Source: an uncultured Clostridia bacterium (lineage in GTDB: Bacteria > Bacillota > Clostridia > Christensenellales > Borkfalkiaceae). Taken from it: a DNA stretch of 64,000 nucleotides. Below the pieces are notes generated by a model, which saw only the letters and a list, made by a program, of their open reading frames with translations, was not told the origin of the DNA and did no database searches. The stretch covers positions 38,576 through 102,575 of the forward strand of contig CAYZTP010000001.1 in assembly GCA_964481555.1 (NCBI GenBank), written 5' to 3'. Below, piece after piece: positions 36,052 through 44,351 of the stretch; the first letter of the stretch is position 1, and each line of letters opens with the position of its first letter. The translations under genes were made by a program, and so were the position numbers.

Positions 36052-37878
36052 TTACTGAATTTTTGCTTTTGCGCGAGCTTTTGCACGCAATTCGCTATCC
36101 AATATACGTTTCCGCACACGAACGTTTTGAGGCGTAATTTCCAACAGCTCGTCCTCGCCGATAAATTCCAACGCTTCTTCCAAGCTCATTTTTTTCGGCG
36201 TGATTAAACGAAGCGCATCGTCGGAAGAGGAAGAACGGGTATTTGTCAAATGTTTCGTCTTACAAACATTCACGTTGATATCTTCGTCTTTGGGAGAAAA
36301 TCCGACGACCATCCCTTCGTAAACGGGCGTTCCCGCGCCGATAAACAGCGTTCCCCTGCCCTGCGCATTGAACAAGCCGTAAGTAACGGCTTCGCCCGTT
36401 TCAAACGCCACAAGAGACCCCGCGCTTCTGCGGTTAATCTCACCCTTGTACGGCTGATACTCGAAAAATACCGAACTCATAACGCCTTCGCCCTTGGTAT
36501 CCGTTAAAAATTCGCTTTTGTATCCGAATAATCCGCGCGCGGGCACAAGAAATTCAAGGCGCATACGCGATCCGAGCGCGCTCATGTGCACCAGCTCACC
36601 CTTTCTCTCTCCCATACTTTGGAAGACGGAACCGGTCATTGTTTCGGGCACATCCACGATCAGCCGCTCAACAGGCTCGTAACGTTCTCCCTCCACTTCT
36701 TTATACAAAACTTTGGGTGCGCTCACTTGAAATTCATAACCCTCGCGCCGCATGGTTTCTATTAAAATAGAAAGATGCATTTCGCCCCTGCCGCTTACCC
36801 GATAGGCGTCCGTAGAATCCGTATCCTCTACGCGAAGCGAAACGTCGCGCAGAAGCTCGCGATACAATCTGTCGCGCAAATGACGCGTCGTTACGAATTT
36901 CCCCTCTTTGCCCGCAAACGGGGAATCATTGACGGAAAAAATCATTTCAACGGTCGGATCGGATATTTTTACGAAAGGCACCGGTTCGACGCAATCCGAA
37001 GCGCAAACGGTATCCCCGATATTAATGCCTTCAAGCCCCGCAAAACAAACGATATCGCCCGCACGGGCGCTGTCGCACGGAACACGATCCAACCCTTCGA
37101 TTTCGTAGAGCGCGACGATCTTTCCGCGCGTATTTACTTCTTTCTTGTTATAATTACAAACAACGACTTCGGCGTTGGGACAAGCGACTCCGCGCTCGAT
37201 CCGTCCGATTCCGATTCTACCCACATACTCGTTATAATCAATCGACGAAACGAGAATCTGCAATTCGCCCGTTTCGTCCAATTCGACGGGCGGGAAATGA
37301 GACAAAATCGTTTCGTAAAGCGGTTTTAAATCTTCGCCGCGGGAATCGGGATCAAGCGAACTGGTTCCCTCGCGTCCCGAACAAAAAACAAACGGGCTTT
37401 CAAGTTGTTCATCCGTTGCGTTCAGATCCATCAAAAGCTCCAAAACTTCATCGACAACTTCGTTTACGCGCGCGTCGGGACGGTCGATTTTATTCACCAC
37501 GATAATCAGCCGCAAACCAAGTTCCAACGCTTTCTGCGTGACAAAACGCGTCTGCGGCATGGGGCCTTCCGCCGCGTCAACCAACAGCAATACGCCCGAA
37601 ACCATTTTTAACGATCTCTCCACTTCACCCGAAAAATCGGCGTGACCGGGCGTGTCGACGATGTTGATTTTTACCCCGTTGTAATGTACGGACGTATTTT
37701 TGGCTAAAATAGTGATTCCGCGTTCGCGCTCCAAATCGCCGCTGTCCATTACGCGCTCTTCCACCACTTGATTTTCACGAAACGTACCGCTCTGCTTCAA
37801 CATTTGATCGACAAGCGTCGTTTTACCGTGATCGACGTGCGCGATAATTGCAATATTCCTTAAATCTTCTCTGACCAT
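36052..37878 (-). CDS. typA: translational GTPase TypA/BipA
   Basis: G1 motif AIIAHVDHGKTTLVD, then DTPGHADF and NKIDR. 608 aa. Confidence 0.95.
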   Translation of the reverse strand: MVREDLRNIAIIAHVDHGKTTLVDQMLKQSGTFRENQVVEERVMDSGDLERERGITILAKNTSVHYNGVKINIVDTPGHADFSGEVERSLKMVSGVLLLVDAAEGPMPQTRFVTQKALELGLRLIIVVNKIDRPDARVNEVVDEVLELLMDLNATDEQLESPFVFCSGREGTSSLDPDSRGEDLKPLYETILSHFPPVELDETGELQILVSSIDYNEYVGRIGIGRIERGVACPNAEVVVCNYNKKEVNTRGKIVALYEIEGLDRVPCDSARAGDIVCFAGLEGINIGDTVCASDCVEPVPFVKISDPTVEMIFSVNDSPFAGKEGKFVTTRHLRDRLYRELLRDVSLRVEDTDSTDAYRVSGRGEMHLSILIETMRREGYEFQVSAPKVLYKEVEGERYEPVERLIVDVPETMTGSVFQSMGERKGELVHMSALGSRMRLEFLVPARGLFGYKSEFLTDTKGEGVMSSVFFEYQPYKGEINRRSAGSLVAFETGEAVTYGLFNAQGRGTLFIGAGTPVYEGMVVGFSPKDEDINVNVCKTKHLTNTRSSSSDDALRLITPKKMSLEEALEFIGEDELLEITPQNVRVRKRILDSELRAKARAKAKIQ

Positions 37879-37907
37879 AAAAAACCTCTGACCGATTACC
37901 GACGACT

Positions 37908-37936
37908 ATTTTAATACTTTTACGCGAATTTGACAA
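37908..37936 (-). promoter_or_regulatory. sigmaA promoter for typA
   Basis: Minus strand reads TTGTCA (37931-37936), 17-nt spacer, TAAAAT (37908-37913). An AGAGG RBS follows. Confidence 0.7.
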
Positions 37937-37981
37937 CAAAAAAGGCGTTCCTTTGGAGATTTTTTCGAATAAAACGCCTTT
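37937..37981 (-). terminator. probable terminator after folA
   Basis: 9-bp stem AAAGGCGTT / AACGCCTTT with a 23-nt loop, followed by TTTTTTGTTG on the minus strand. Confidence 0.5.
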
Positions 37982-37989
37982 CATTGCAA

Positions 37990-38484
37990 TTATTCTTTCT
38001 TTTGCTTGTTTTCGTAAGTGCAAAAACGAATGATATACCCGTTATCCTCCATCGGTTCGCTCTCATAAACCAAACGAAACGCCTCGTTTTCATCCAAATT
38101 GGGAACAAACACATCCGCCCCGCCGTCCGCGTCCACTTTCGTTACCAAAATATGAGTGCAATAAGGAATAAGAAGTCTATAAACGCTCGCGCCGCCGATC
38201 ACAAACACGTCGTCCGCGGGATACTTCTTCACTTCCGACAGCAGTTCTTCAAGATTATGAACGGTAATCACGTCCTCGTCTACGTCCGTCGGGGAAAGAA
38301 CGATATTCACGCGATTTTTCAGCGGCTTCCCGTTCGGTAAAGAACGCAACGTATTCAACCCCATTACAACGATTTTTCCCTTTGTCGTCTCACGAAAAAA
38401 CTTCATGTCTTGGGGAAGAGAGAACATTAAATCGTTCGCTTTGCCGATTCCCCAATTTCTGTCCGCATGAAAAATAGCTCTCAT
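37990..38484 (-). CDS. folA: dihydrofolate reductase
   Basis: 164 aa. It overlaps thyA by 4 nt and carries DHFR motifs (NWGIGKANDLMFSLPQDMKFF and VIGGASVY). Confidence 0.9.
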   Translation of the reverse strand: MRAIFHADRNWGIGKANDLMFSLPQDMKFFRETTKGKIVVMGLNTLRSLPNGKPLKNRVNIVLSPTDVDEDVITVHNLEELLSEVKKYPADDVFVIGGASVYRLLIPYCTHILVTKVDADGGADVFVPNLDENEAFRLVYESEPMEDNGYIIRFCTYENKQKKE

Positions 38485-39311
38485 ATCGCCACCGGTATTT
38501 TCGCCGATATCGGCGTAAACTCATAATTTTCAAGGCGGAAACTATCCACTCTAAAATCATAGAAATTTTTTATCGAGGAATCGACGATCAGCTTAGGCGC
38601 GGGTTTCGGCTCGTGGGAGATAACCTCTTTTACAATCGGAATATGCCGATCATATAAATGCGCGTCGGCAATGACGTGGACAAGCTCCCCCGCTTTTAAT
38701 CCGCTTACTTGCGCCATCATAATCAAAAGAACGGAGTATTGCACAACGTTAAAATTATTCGCCGTCAACATATCGTTCGAGCGTTGGTTGAGAATGCCGT
38801 TGAGCGTATCGCCCGAAACGTTAAACGTCATCGAATAAGCGCAAGGATAAAGATGCATTTCGTGCAGATCTTGGAAATTATACAGATTGGTCATAATCCT
38901 GCGCGACGCCGGATTGTGTTTTAAATCGTACAGTACCCGATCGACTTGATCGAACTCCCCCTCCTTGTAAATCGCTTTTTGCGCAAGCTGATATCCGTAA
39001 GCTTTGCCGATAGAACCCGTTTCATCCGCCCAACTATCCCAAATATGGGAATTTAAATCGTGTACGTTATTACTCTTCTTCTGCCAAATCCATAATATCT
39101 CGTCAATACACGTTTTAAAGGCGCATTTACGGATCGTCTGCACGGGAAATTCTTCTTGCAGATTATAACGGTTAACGATTCCGAATTTTTTTACGGTATG
39201 CGCAGGCGTACCGTCCTCCCAATGCGGGCGTACTTGTCGATCGGTATCCCATACGCCGTTTTCTAAAATATCCTTACAATTTGCAATAAAAATTTCGTCC
39301 GCCTTACTCAT
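38481..39311 (-). CDS. thyA: thymidylate synthase
   Basis: ThyA-type enzyme. Motifs include RRIMTNLYN and a PCAYSMTF active-site-like segment. The second ATG (39311) has better spacing to AGAGGTG than 39314. Confidence 0.88.
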   Translation of the reverse strand: MSKADEIFIANCKDILENGVWDTDRQVRPHWEDGTPAHTVKKFGIVNRYNLQEEFPVQTIRKCAFKTCIDEILWIWQKKSNNVHDLNSHIWDSWADETGSIGKAYGYQLAQKAIYKEGEFDQVDRVLYDLKHNPASRRIMTNLYNFQDLHEMHLYPCAYSMTFNVSGDTLNGILNQRSNDMLTANNFNVVQYSVLLIMMAQVSGLKAGELVHVIADAHLYDRHIPIVKEVISHEPKPAPKLIVDSSIKNFYDFRVDSFRLENYEFTPISAKIPVAI

Positions 39312-39331
39312 CATTCACCTCTTTTGTTTTA

Positions 39332-39358
39332 ATTATGTCTGGCATAATACTTCGCAAA
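39332..39358 (-). promoter_or_regulatory. recurrent 27-nt motif, copy D (promoter position for thyA-folA)
   Basis: Minus strand reads TTTGCGAAGTATTATGCCAGACATAAT. It contains the perfect palindrome ATTATG-N5-CATAAT. The CATAAT ends 20 nt before the thyA ATG. Confidence 0.5.
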
Positions 39359-39363
39359 ATTGC

Positions 39364-40998
39364 TTAAATTGCATTTTTAATGCGATTTTTTGTCTTTTCT
39401 TCCCCTAAAATCTGCATAATCGTCCATAAATCGGGCGTGTTCGCTCTTCCCGTTACGGCGATTCTAAGCACTTCCGCAACATCGGCAACGCTCCCCTTAT
39501 AGGCTTCGGGATTTGTTTTGTAATCCTTCATTTCGGCGGCAAAACCGAGTCTGGAGGCAATCTCTTTCACTTTGGAAAACCACGTTTGCGCATCGTCGGC
39601 GAAATCGTAAACCGCATAAAACTGCTTTAAAATTTCCGATTTTACATTTTCCTCCACGCGGTAAGCGTCTTTTTGCACCCCGTCCTCGAAGAAATAAGCA
39701 ATTAGAGCGACCGCTTGACTTGCCGTTGTAAAATCTTTTCTGCGTTTTTTGCCCGCCGTTCCCATGCACAAATTGAGGACGCGAAGCATATATTCCTTGT
39801 CGTCGAAATATTTCCTTTGATTTTCCGTACCCCATTCTTCCGCCCATTCGCGCAAGAATTCGAACATTTCTTCCGCCGAAAGGCGCGCAAGTTCGTTTTT
39901 GGAGATATCGTTGAGCTTATCTAAATCGAAGAGCGTCCCGCTTTTGCTCATCTTTGACGCCGAAAACTTAAACTCTTCCAACGGTTTTTCGGGATTTTTT
40001 AAATACCATTCCTCGAAATTGGAATTGAGGAGCGTGAGCATATACGCCTTAACCGCCCTTGCAAAATAACCCTCTTTACGGTAATATTCAAGGGACAGCT
40101 CAGGATCTTTCCGCTTGGAAAGTTTTCTGCGGGTTTCACCGTCCTGCTTCATCAAAGAACAGTTGTGTCCGTAACGGGGACGTTCAAAGCCCAATACGTC
40201 GAATAATTCCAAGTGGATGGGAAGCGACGCAAGCCACTCCTCCCCGCGTAGAACAAGCGTAGTACGCATATAATGATCGTCTACCGCATGGGCGAAGTGA
40301 TAGGTCGGAATCCCGTCCGATTTTAAGATGACGACGTCTTGATCGTTTTCGGTAACGATAATATCGCCCTTAATTTCATCGTGGAATTTGATTTTTCGTT
40401 CAGAATTGCCCATTGATTTCAAACGAATCACGTAAGGTTTTCCTTCGTCTAAATTCCGATAGATTTCCTCTTCGTCTTTATTGCGCCAAACGGCATATTC
40501 GCCGTAATAGCCCGTTATCTTCTTTTCCGCCGTCTGTTTCTCACGCAGCGCGGAAAGCTCGTCCTCCGTGCAAAAACAAGGATACGCTCTTCCGCGGGCA
40601 ACGAGGTCTTTGGCGTGCGCACGGTAAATATCCGCCCGCTGACGCTGATAATAGGGCGCGTATGCGTTTTGCGCGCCTTCTATTTCCGCGCCCTCGTCAA
40701 ATTTAATGTCAAAATAACAGAGCGCATTTTTTACCGCCTCTACTGCGCCGTCTACTTTTCGTTTTAAATCGGTGTCTTCGATACGAAGATATAATATGCC
40801 GCTGCTTTGGTGCGCGATTCTTTCGTTGGCAATCGCAACGAATAAATTCCCCAAGTGAATGAATCCCGTGGGAGAAGGCGCCAGCCTCGTTACCTCCGCG
40901 TTTTTTGCGAGAGGACGAGGCGGATATTTTTCTTCATAAAACGCCAACGGGGGATATTCTTCGGGAAATAGCCGATCGGCAAGTTTTTTGTAGTCCAT
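39364..40998 (-). CDS. gltX: glutamate--tRNA ligase (long form)
   Basis: Class-I signature RLAPSPTGFIHLGN and KMSKSG. 544 aa. Confidence 0.8.
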   Translation of the reverse strand: MDYKKLADRLFPEEYPPLAFYEEKYPPRPLAKNAEVTRLAPSPTGFIHLGNLFVAIANERIAHQSSGILYLRIEDTDLKRKVDGAVEAVKNALCYFDIKFDEGAEIEGAQNAYAPYYQRQRADIYRAHAKDLVARGRAYPCFCTEDELSALREKQTAEKKITGYYGEYAVWRNKDEEEIYRNLDEGKPYVIRLKSMGNSERKIKFHDEIKGDIIVTENDQDVVILKSDGIPTYHFAHAVDDHYMRTTLVLRGEEWLASLPIHLELFDVLGFERPRYGHNCSLMKQDGETRRKLSKRKDPELSLEYYRKEGYFARAVKAYMLTLLNSNFEEWYLKNPEKPLEEFKFSASKMSKSGTLFDLDKLNDISKNELARLSAEEMFEFLREWAEEWGTENQRKYFDDKEYMLRVLNLCMGTAGKKRRKDFTTASQAVALIAYFFEDGVQKDAYRVEENVKSEILKQFYAVYDFADDAQTWFSKVKEIASRLGFAAEMKDYKTNPEAYKGSVADVAEVLRIAVTGRANTPDLWTIMQILGEEKTKNRIKNAI

Positions 40999-41009
40999 AA
41001 TTCTCCTTT

Positions 41010-41726
41010 TCAGATTTTCAATACAGATTCCTGCATAATTTTCGTAAAATAGCCGCTCTCAGAGATACGCTCTCCTCCCGCGATCAAGTGCGCGCAATCC
41101 CCGATCCGTTCGGCGCGGAAGTACGCTTCGTCCAAAACCCGTTCTTCCGTATTCAATACCGTAACCGATGTGGGAGGCAAAAACAAACCGTGTAACAGCG
41201 CCTGCGCGGGTAGATTCAGTAAATGCGAAAGCAATATCATACTGATTCCGAAATGACAGAAGAAAACGACCGTTTTTTCAGAAGAAGCGATTGCCTGATA
41301 CGCTCTGCCCCGCCTCTTATAGCCGTATCCAAGTAAAAATTCGTCAAGCGCGGCGCATACTTCCTCATAATGATTTTTTATCTCGCGCATCTTCGGAGCA
41401 TCGATCCAATCGTTTTCCGTGAAATTACGATTTTCCGCCGTCCATTCGGAGGGGTAAAAATCCCATGGAATGCGCAACCCGCCTTTTCCGTCATCGATTA
41501 AAAAGAAAAACTCTTTCGTCCATTCGAGAATTTCCGCTTGTTTGCCCCAAGCTTTAAGACACGGCTGCGCAGTCGCTTTTGCACGTCCGAGCGGCGAGGT
41601 ATACACATCGTCTACGCGCCATGTTTTTACCCGTTTGGCGAGCAATTCCGCTTCCCGTATGCCTTTTTCGGTCAATCCGTCGTTTTGATAATCGGGATCG
41701 CCGTGGCGAATCAAAATCAATCTCAT
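41010..41726 (-). CDS. histidine phosphatase family protein (phosphoglycerate-mutase-like)
   Basis: MRLILIRHGDPDY RHG motif. Start moved to ATG 41726, which overlaps the upstream stop by 4 nt. The ORF-track N-terminal extension is Arg-rich out-of-context sequence. Confidence 0.8.
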   Translation of the reverse strand: MRLILIRHGDPDYQNDGLTEKGIREAELLAKRVKTWRVDDVYTSPLGRAKATAQPCLKAWGKQAEILEWTKEFFFLIDDGKGGLRIPWDFYPSEWTAENRNFTENDWIDAPKMREIKNHYEEVCAALDEFLLGYGYKRRGRAYQAIASSEKTVVFFCHFGISMILLSHLLNLPAQALLHGLFLPPTSVTVLNTEERVLDEAYFRAERIGDCAHLIAGGERISESGYFTKIMQESVLKI

Positions 41727-42700
41727 AAAACCGTCAACAGCTCCAAACTTTCGGGCGCGATTTCCGCGAACCCGTTTTCGATGTCGTGAACGAGCGCAAC
41801 CGCCCGACTCATCAAAGGAAGCGCTATCCCGCACCGTTCTCCCGCGCGCAATGCGGCGCCTGCGACATAATCTACCTCGCAACGCTTTCCGGAAGCTAAA
41901 TCTTTCAGCATACCGGAGCGGGTATTCCTGTATTTCTTCATAGCAATCGGCAGAAGCATGGATGCGCCGAAACCGCCGAACGTTTTCAAAATATCATAGC
42001 CGTTGAGAGGAAGCTTTTTACACCCCTCCGCCCGCGCCAAAACGAATACTTCGCGCATAAGAGCAAGCGCATATTTTTTATATTTTTTCGCGATGGTTCC
42101 GAACGGCAGCCCCGTAATTGCCGATAACGTCGAAAAGGAAGCGTTAATCGAAAGCTTTGCGTATCTGATTTCTTTCAGATTTCCCGTCGTTACCGTAAAC
42201 GCCCGTGAAAATATGCGATCGATTTCTTGCAATCGCGTCCCCGCGCCGTATGCGCCCAACGCGATACGGAATCCGCTTGCGCTCGTTAAACGAACTGCGC
42301 CCGCCTCTACCGTCTCCGCGCCCCAAGTAAGCGTCGCGCCGTAAACGGCGTCCGCGCCGAATATCTCTGCAAGAGACGCTTCCGGCAAACCGTTCTGCAC
42401 CGTTACAATCGCGCCGTCCTCTTTGAGATAAGGCTTTAAATATCGCGCGATAACGGCGTTCTCCCGCTGTTTGGTTGCAAGCACGATCAAATCATATTTC
42501 CCCGTCATCTCTTCGGGAAGCAACGCTTGAACGGGGATTGTCAGCTCCGTTTTGTCCGTGCGCAAGATCGCGCCGCGCCGTTTTAACGCCGCAATATGCG
42601 GTTGATTACGGCTTACGAGTACGCAATTTCCAACCGCTTCGGAAAGCAAAGCGCCGAAACTCGTCCCCATCGCACCCGCTCCGTAGACGCAGATTCTCAC
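41723..42700 (-). CDS. panE: 2-dehydropantoate 2-reductase family (ApbA/PanE)
   Basis: MRICVYGAGAMGTSFGALL Rossmann N-terminus. 325 aa. Confidence 0.7.
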   Translation of the reverse strand: MRICVYGAGAMGTSFGALLSEAVGNCVLVSRNQPHIAALKRRGAILRTDKTELTIPVQALLPEEMTGKYDLIVLATKQRENAVIARYLKPYLKEDGAIVTVQNGLPEASLAEIFGADAVYGATLTWGAETVEAGAVRLTSASGFRIALGAYGAGTRLQEIDRIFSRAFTVTTGNLKEIRYAKLSINASFSTLSAITGLPFGTIAKKYKKYALALMREVFVLARAEGCKKLPLNGYDILKTFGGFGASMLLPIAMKKYRNTRSGMLKDLASGKRCEVDYVAGAALRAGERCGIALPLMSRAVALVHDIENGFAEIAPESLELLTVL

Positions 42701-43206
42701 GCCGAAAACCCCGCCGCCAAAGCGATATCTTCTACGGTTCGGTCAAGATTCTTTCCCGTACCGTCCACCGTAATTTGCGCGTATTTTTCATATAAAGGAG
42801 CGCGTTCTAAAAAAAGATCTCTTAAAGATTTCACGTTACCGCGCATCACGACGCCCCGTTTCACCAAATCGGGTGAAATACGCTTCTCGGCTTCCTCTAA
42901 GCTGATTTTAAGATAGACGATTTTCCCGATGGTTTTGAAATGTTCCATAGCGCGTTGAGAATACACCGCGCTGCCGCCCGTGGAAATTACGCATCGTTCG
43001 GCATAAATACTTGCGCAAACGCTTTCTTCGATATTTAAAAAGCCTTCCGTTCCCTTTTCTTTGATTATCTCGGATAAAAGCTTGCGCTCTTTCTCTTGAA
43101 TCAATAAATCGCAGTCAAGAAACCCGAATCCGATTTTTTTTGCGAGCAGCGCTCCCGCCGTACTTTTTCCGGAGGAAGGCATCCCGATTAAAATCAAGTT
43201 CTCCAT
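42697..43206 (-). CDS. aroK: shikimate kinase
   Basis: P-loop LILIGMPSSGKST and ISTGGS. Start set to ATG 43206. Confidence 0.88.
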   Translation of the reverse strand: MENLILIGMPSSGKSTAGALLAKKIGFGFLDCDLLIQEKERKLLSEIIKEKGTEGFLNIEESVCASIYAERCVISTGGSAVYSQRAMEHFKTIGKIVYLKISLEEAEKRISPDLVKRGVVMRGNVKSLRDLFLERAPLYEKYAQITVDGTGKNLDRTVEDIALAAGFSA

Positions 43207-43286
43207 GACATATATCTTAACATATTTTCCGCAGCTTGTCAACGAGTCCGCGTTTAAAAGCGGAAGATAAAAATATTATAAATCCG

Positions 43287-43315
43287 TTGACAAAGTTGCA
43301 ATCATATGATAAAAT
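43287..43315 (+). promoter_or_regulatory. sigmaA promoter for the 43343 lipoprotein gene
   Basis: TTGACA (43287-43292), 17-nt spacer, TAAAAT (43310-43315). The RBS is AAGAGGAG. Confidence 0.75.
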
Positions 43316-43342
43316 AAGTCAAAACCAAGAGGAGTAGAATGT

Positions 43343-43795
43343 ATGAAGAAAAAATTAACTGCTATCTTTACCGCATTGACGCTTGTCGTCGTTATGCTTG
43401 CCACGTTGTGCGGTTGCAGCTCTTACGGCAGCATTAAGAGCGCGTTCCAAAAAGAAGGCTACGAAGAAACCGATCTATCCGAAAAGTATGAAAGTTCCGT
43501 AACCGCCATTATGGGAAACGATTACAAAGAAACCGTATCCGTTCATTGTCTGAAAAAAGAATCGGACGAGGACGATGGAATTCTCGGCGCAATCGCCGGT
43601 TCCATCGGATACGTTGTCATTATCGAATTCAAATCGAACAGCGATATGGAAGAATATTTGAAAGATAAAGTATCGGCGGACGAGGCAGAAGAAGTTTACG
43701 ATAAATTACAGGAGTTGGATACGGTAAACGGTAATTGTTTCCTTGTTGTAAGCACGCTTCCGGAAGGATATTCGATTTTCAAGAGTACCAAATAA
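43343..43795 (+). CDS. hypothetical lipoprotein
   Basis: Signal peptide with lipobox LATLCGCSS. No recognisable domain. Confidence 0.6.
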   Translation: MKKKLTAIFTALTLVVVMLATLCGCSSYGSIKSAFQKEGYEETDLSEKYESSVTAIMGNDYKETVSVHCLKKESDEDDGILGAIAGSIGYVVIIEFKSNSDMEEYLKDKVSADEAEEVYDKLQELDTVNGNCFLVVSTLPEGYSIFKSTK

Positions 43796-43819
43796 CATTG
43801 CATTACGATAAACAGCCGA

Positions 43820-43847
43820 AATTCTCCCCTCTGCGGGAGAATTTTTA
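43820..43847 (+). terminator. intrinsic terminator
   Basis: TTCTCCC-CTCTGC-GGGAGAA followed by TTTTTAT. Confidence 0.75.
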
Positions 43848-43876
43848 TATTTTTTTCAAAAACAAAGCAAAAAAAG

Positions 43877-43905
43877 TTGTTTTTTGCGCGTAACTATGAT
43901 ATACT
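43877..43905 (+). promoter_or_regulatory. sigmaA promoter for secG
   Basis: TTGTTT (43877-43882), 17-nt spacer, TGaTATACT (hexamer at 43900-43905). Confidence 0.65.
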
Positions 43906-43940
43906 CTTAGCTGAACTTTGCAATAAAAAGGATTTTTATC

Positions 43941-44264
43941 ATGAATTTGAGCGCTATAATCATGAATCTGCTTGCCCCCGCAAGCTCCGATGCAATTTAT
44001 GTTACTTATCGGATCGTCAGCTTTGTGTTAATCGCTTTGATGTTTCTTGCCGCCATCGCCGCGATCGTGCTTGTATTGCTTACGCCCGGCAATTCGCAGG
44101 GAATCGACGCACTCGGCGGATCGAGCGAAACTTTCTACGGCAAGAACAAGGGACAGTCTCGCGAATATAAATTGAAAAAATGGACAACCGTTTGCTTAAT
44201 CGTTTTGGCGGTTCTTTCCATCGTGTTCTTCATTCTCCAAATCGACGCGATTTGGACTGCGTAA
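43941..44264 (+). CDS. secG: preprotein translocase subunit SecG
   Basis: Two TM helices flank LLTPGNSQGIDALGGSSETFYG. The position immediately upstream of rnr-smpB matches other Firmicutes. Confidence 0.7.
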   Translation: MNLSAIIMNLLAPASSDAIYVTYRIVSFVLIALMFLAAIAAIVLVLLTPGNSQGIDALGGSSETFYGKNKGQSREYKLKKWTTVCLIVLAVLSIVFFILQIDAIWTA

Positions 44265-44281
44265 AAAGCAATCGATGAAAC

Positions 44282-44311
44282 GCGGGCGGCTTACGGCTGC
44301 CCGTTCTTTTT
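44282..44311 (+). terminator. intrinsic terminator after secG
   Basis: 8-bp stem CGGGCGGC/GCTGCCCG (one G-U pair) followed by TTCTTTTT. Confidence 0.65.
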
Positions 44312-44351
44312 ATAGTTAGGTAACGATCGCACGGATCGCTCAGGAGATATT

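Noticed and set aside
41727-41882. N-terminal extensions given by the ORF track. Examples are the Arg-rich 52-aa extension of the phosphatase, plus 7081-7158, 5370-5396, 28016-28153, 32373-32471, 46388-46438, 48343-48411 and 24768-24803.
   Set aside because: In each case an internal ATG or GTG has an RBS, or a 4-nt coupling overlap with the upstream gene, and starts exactly at the conserved N-terminus of the family. The extensions overlap neighbouring genes or promoters.
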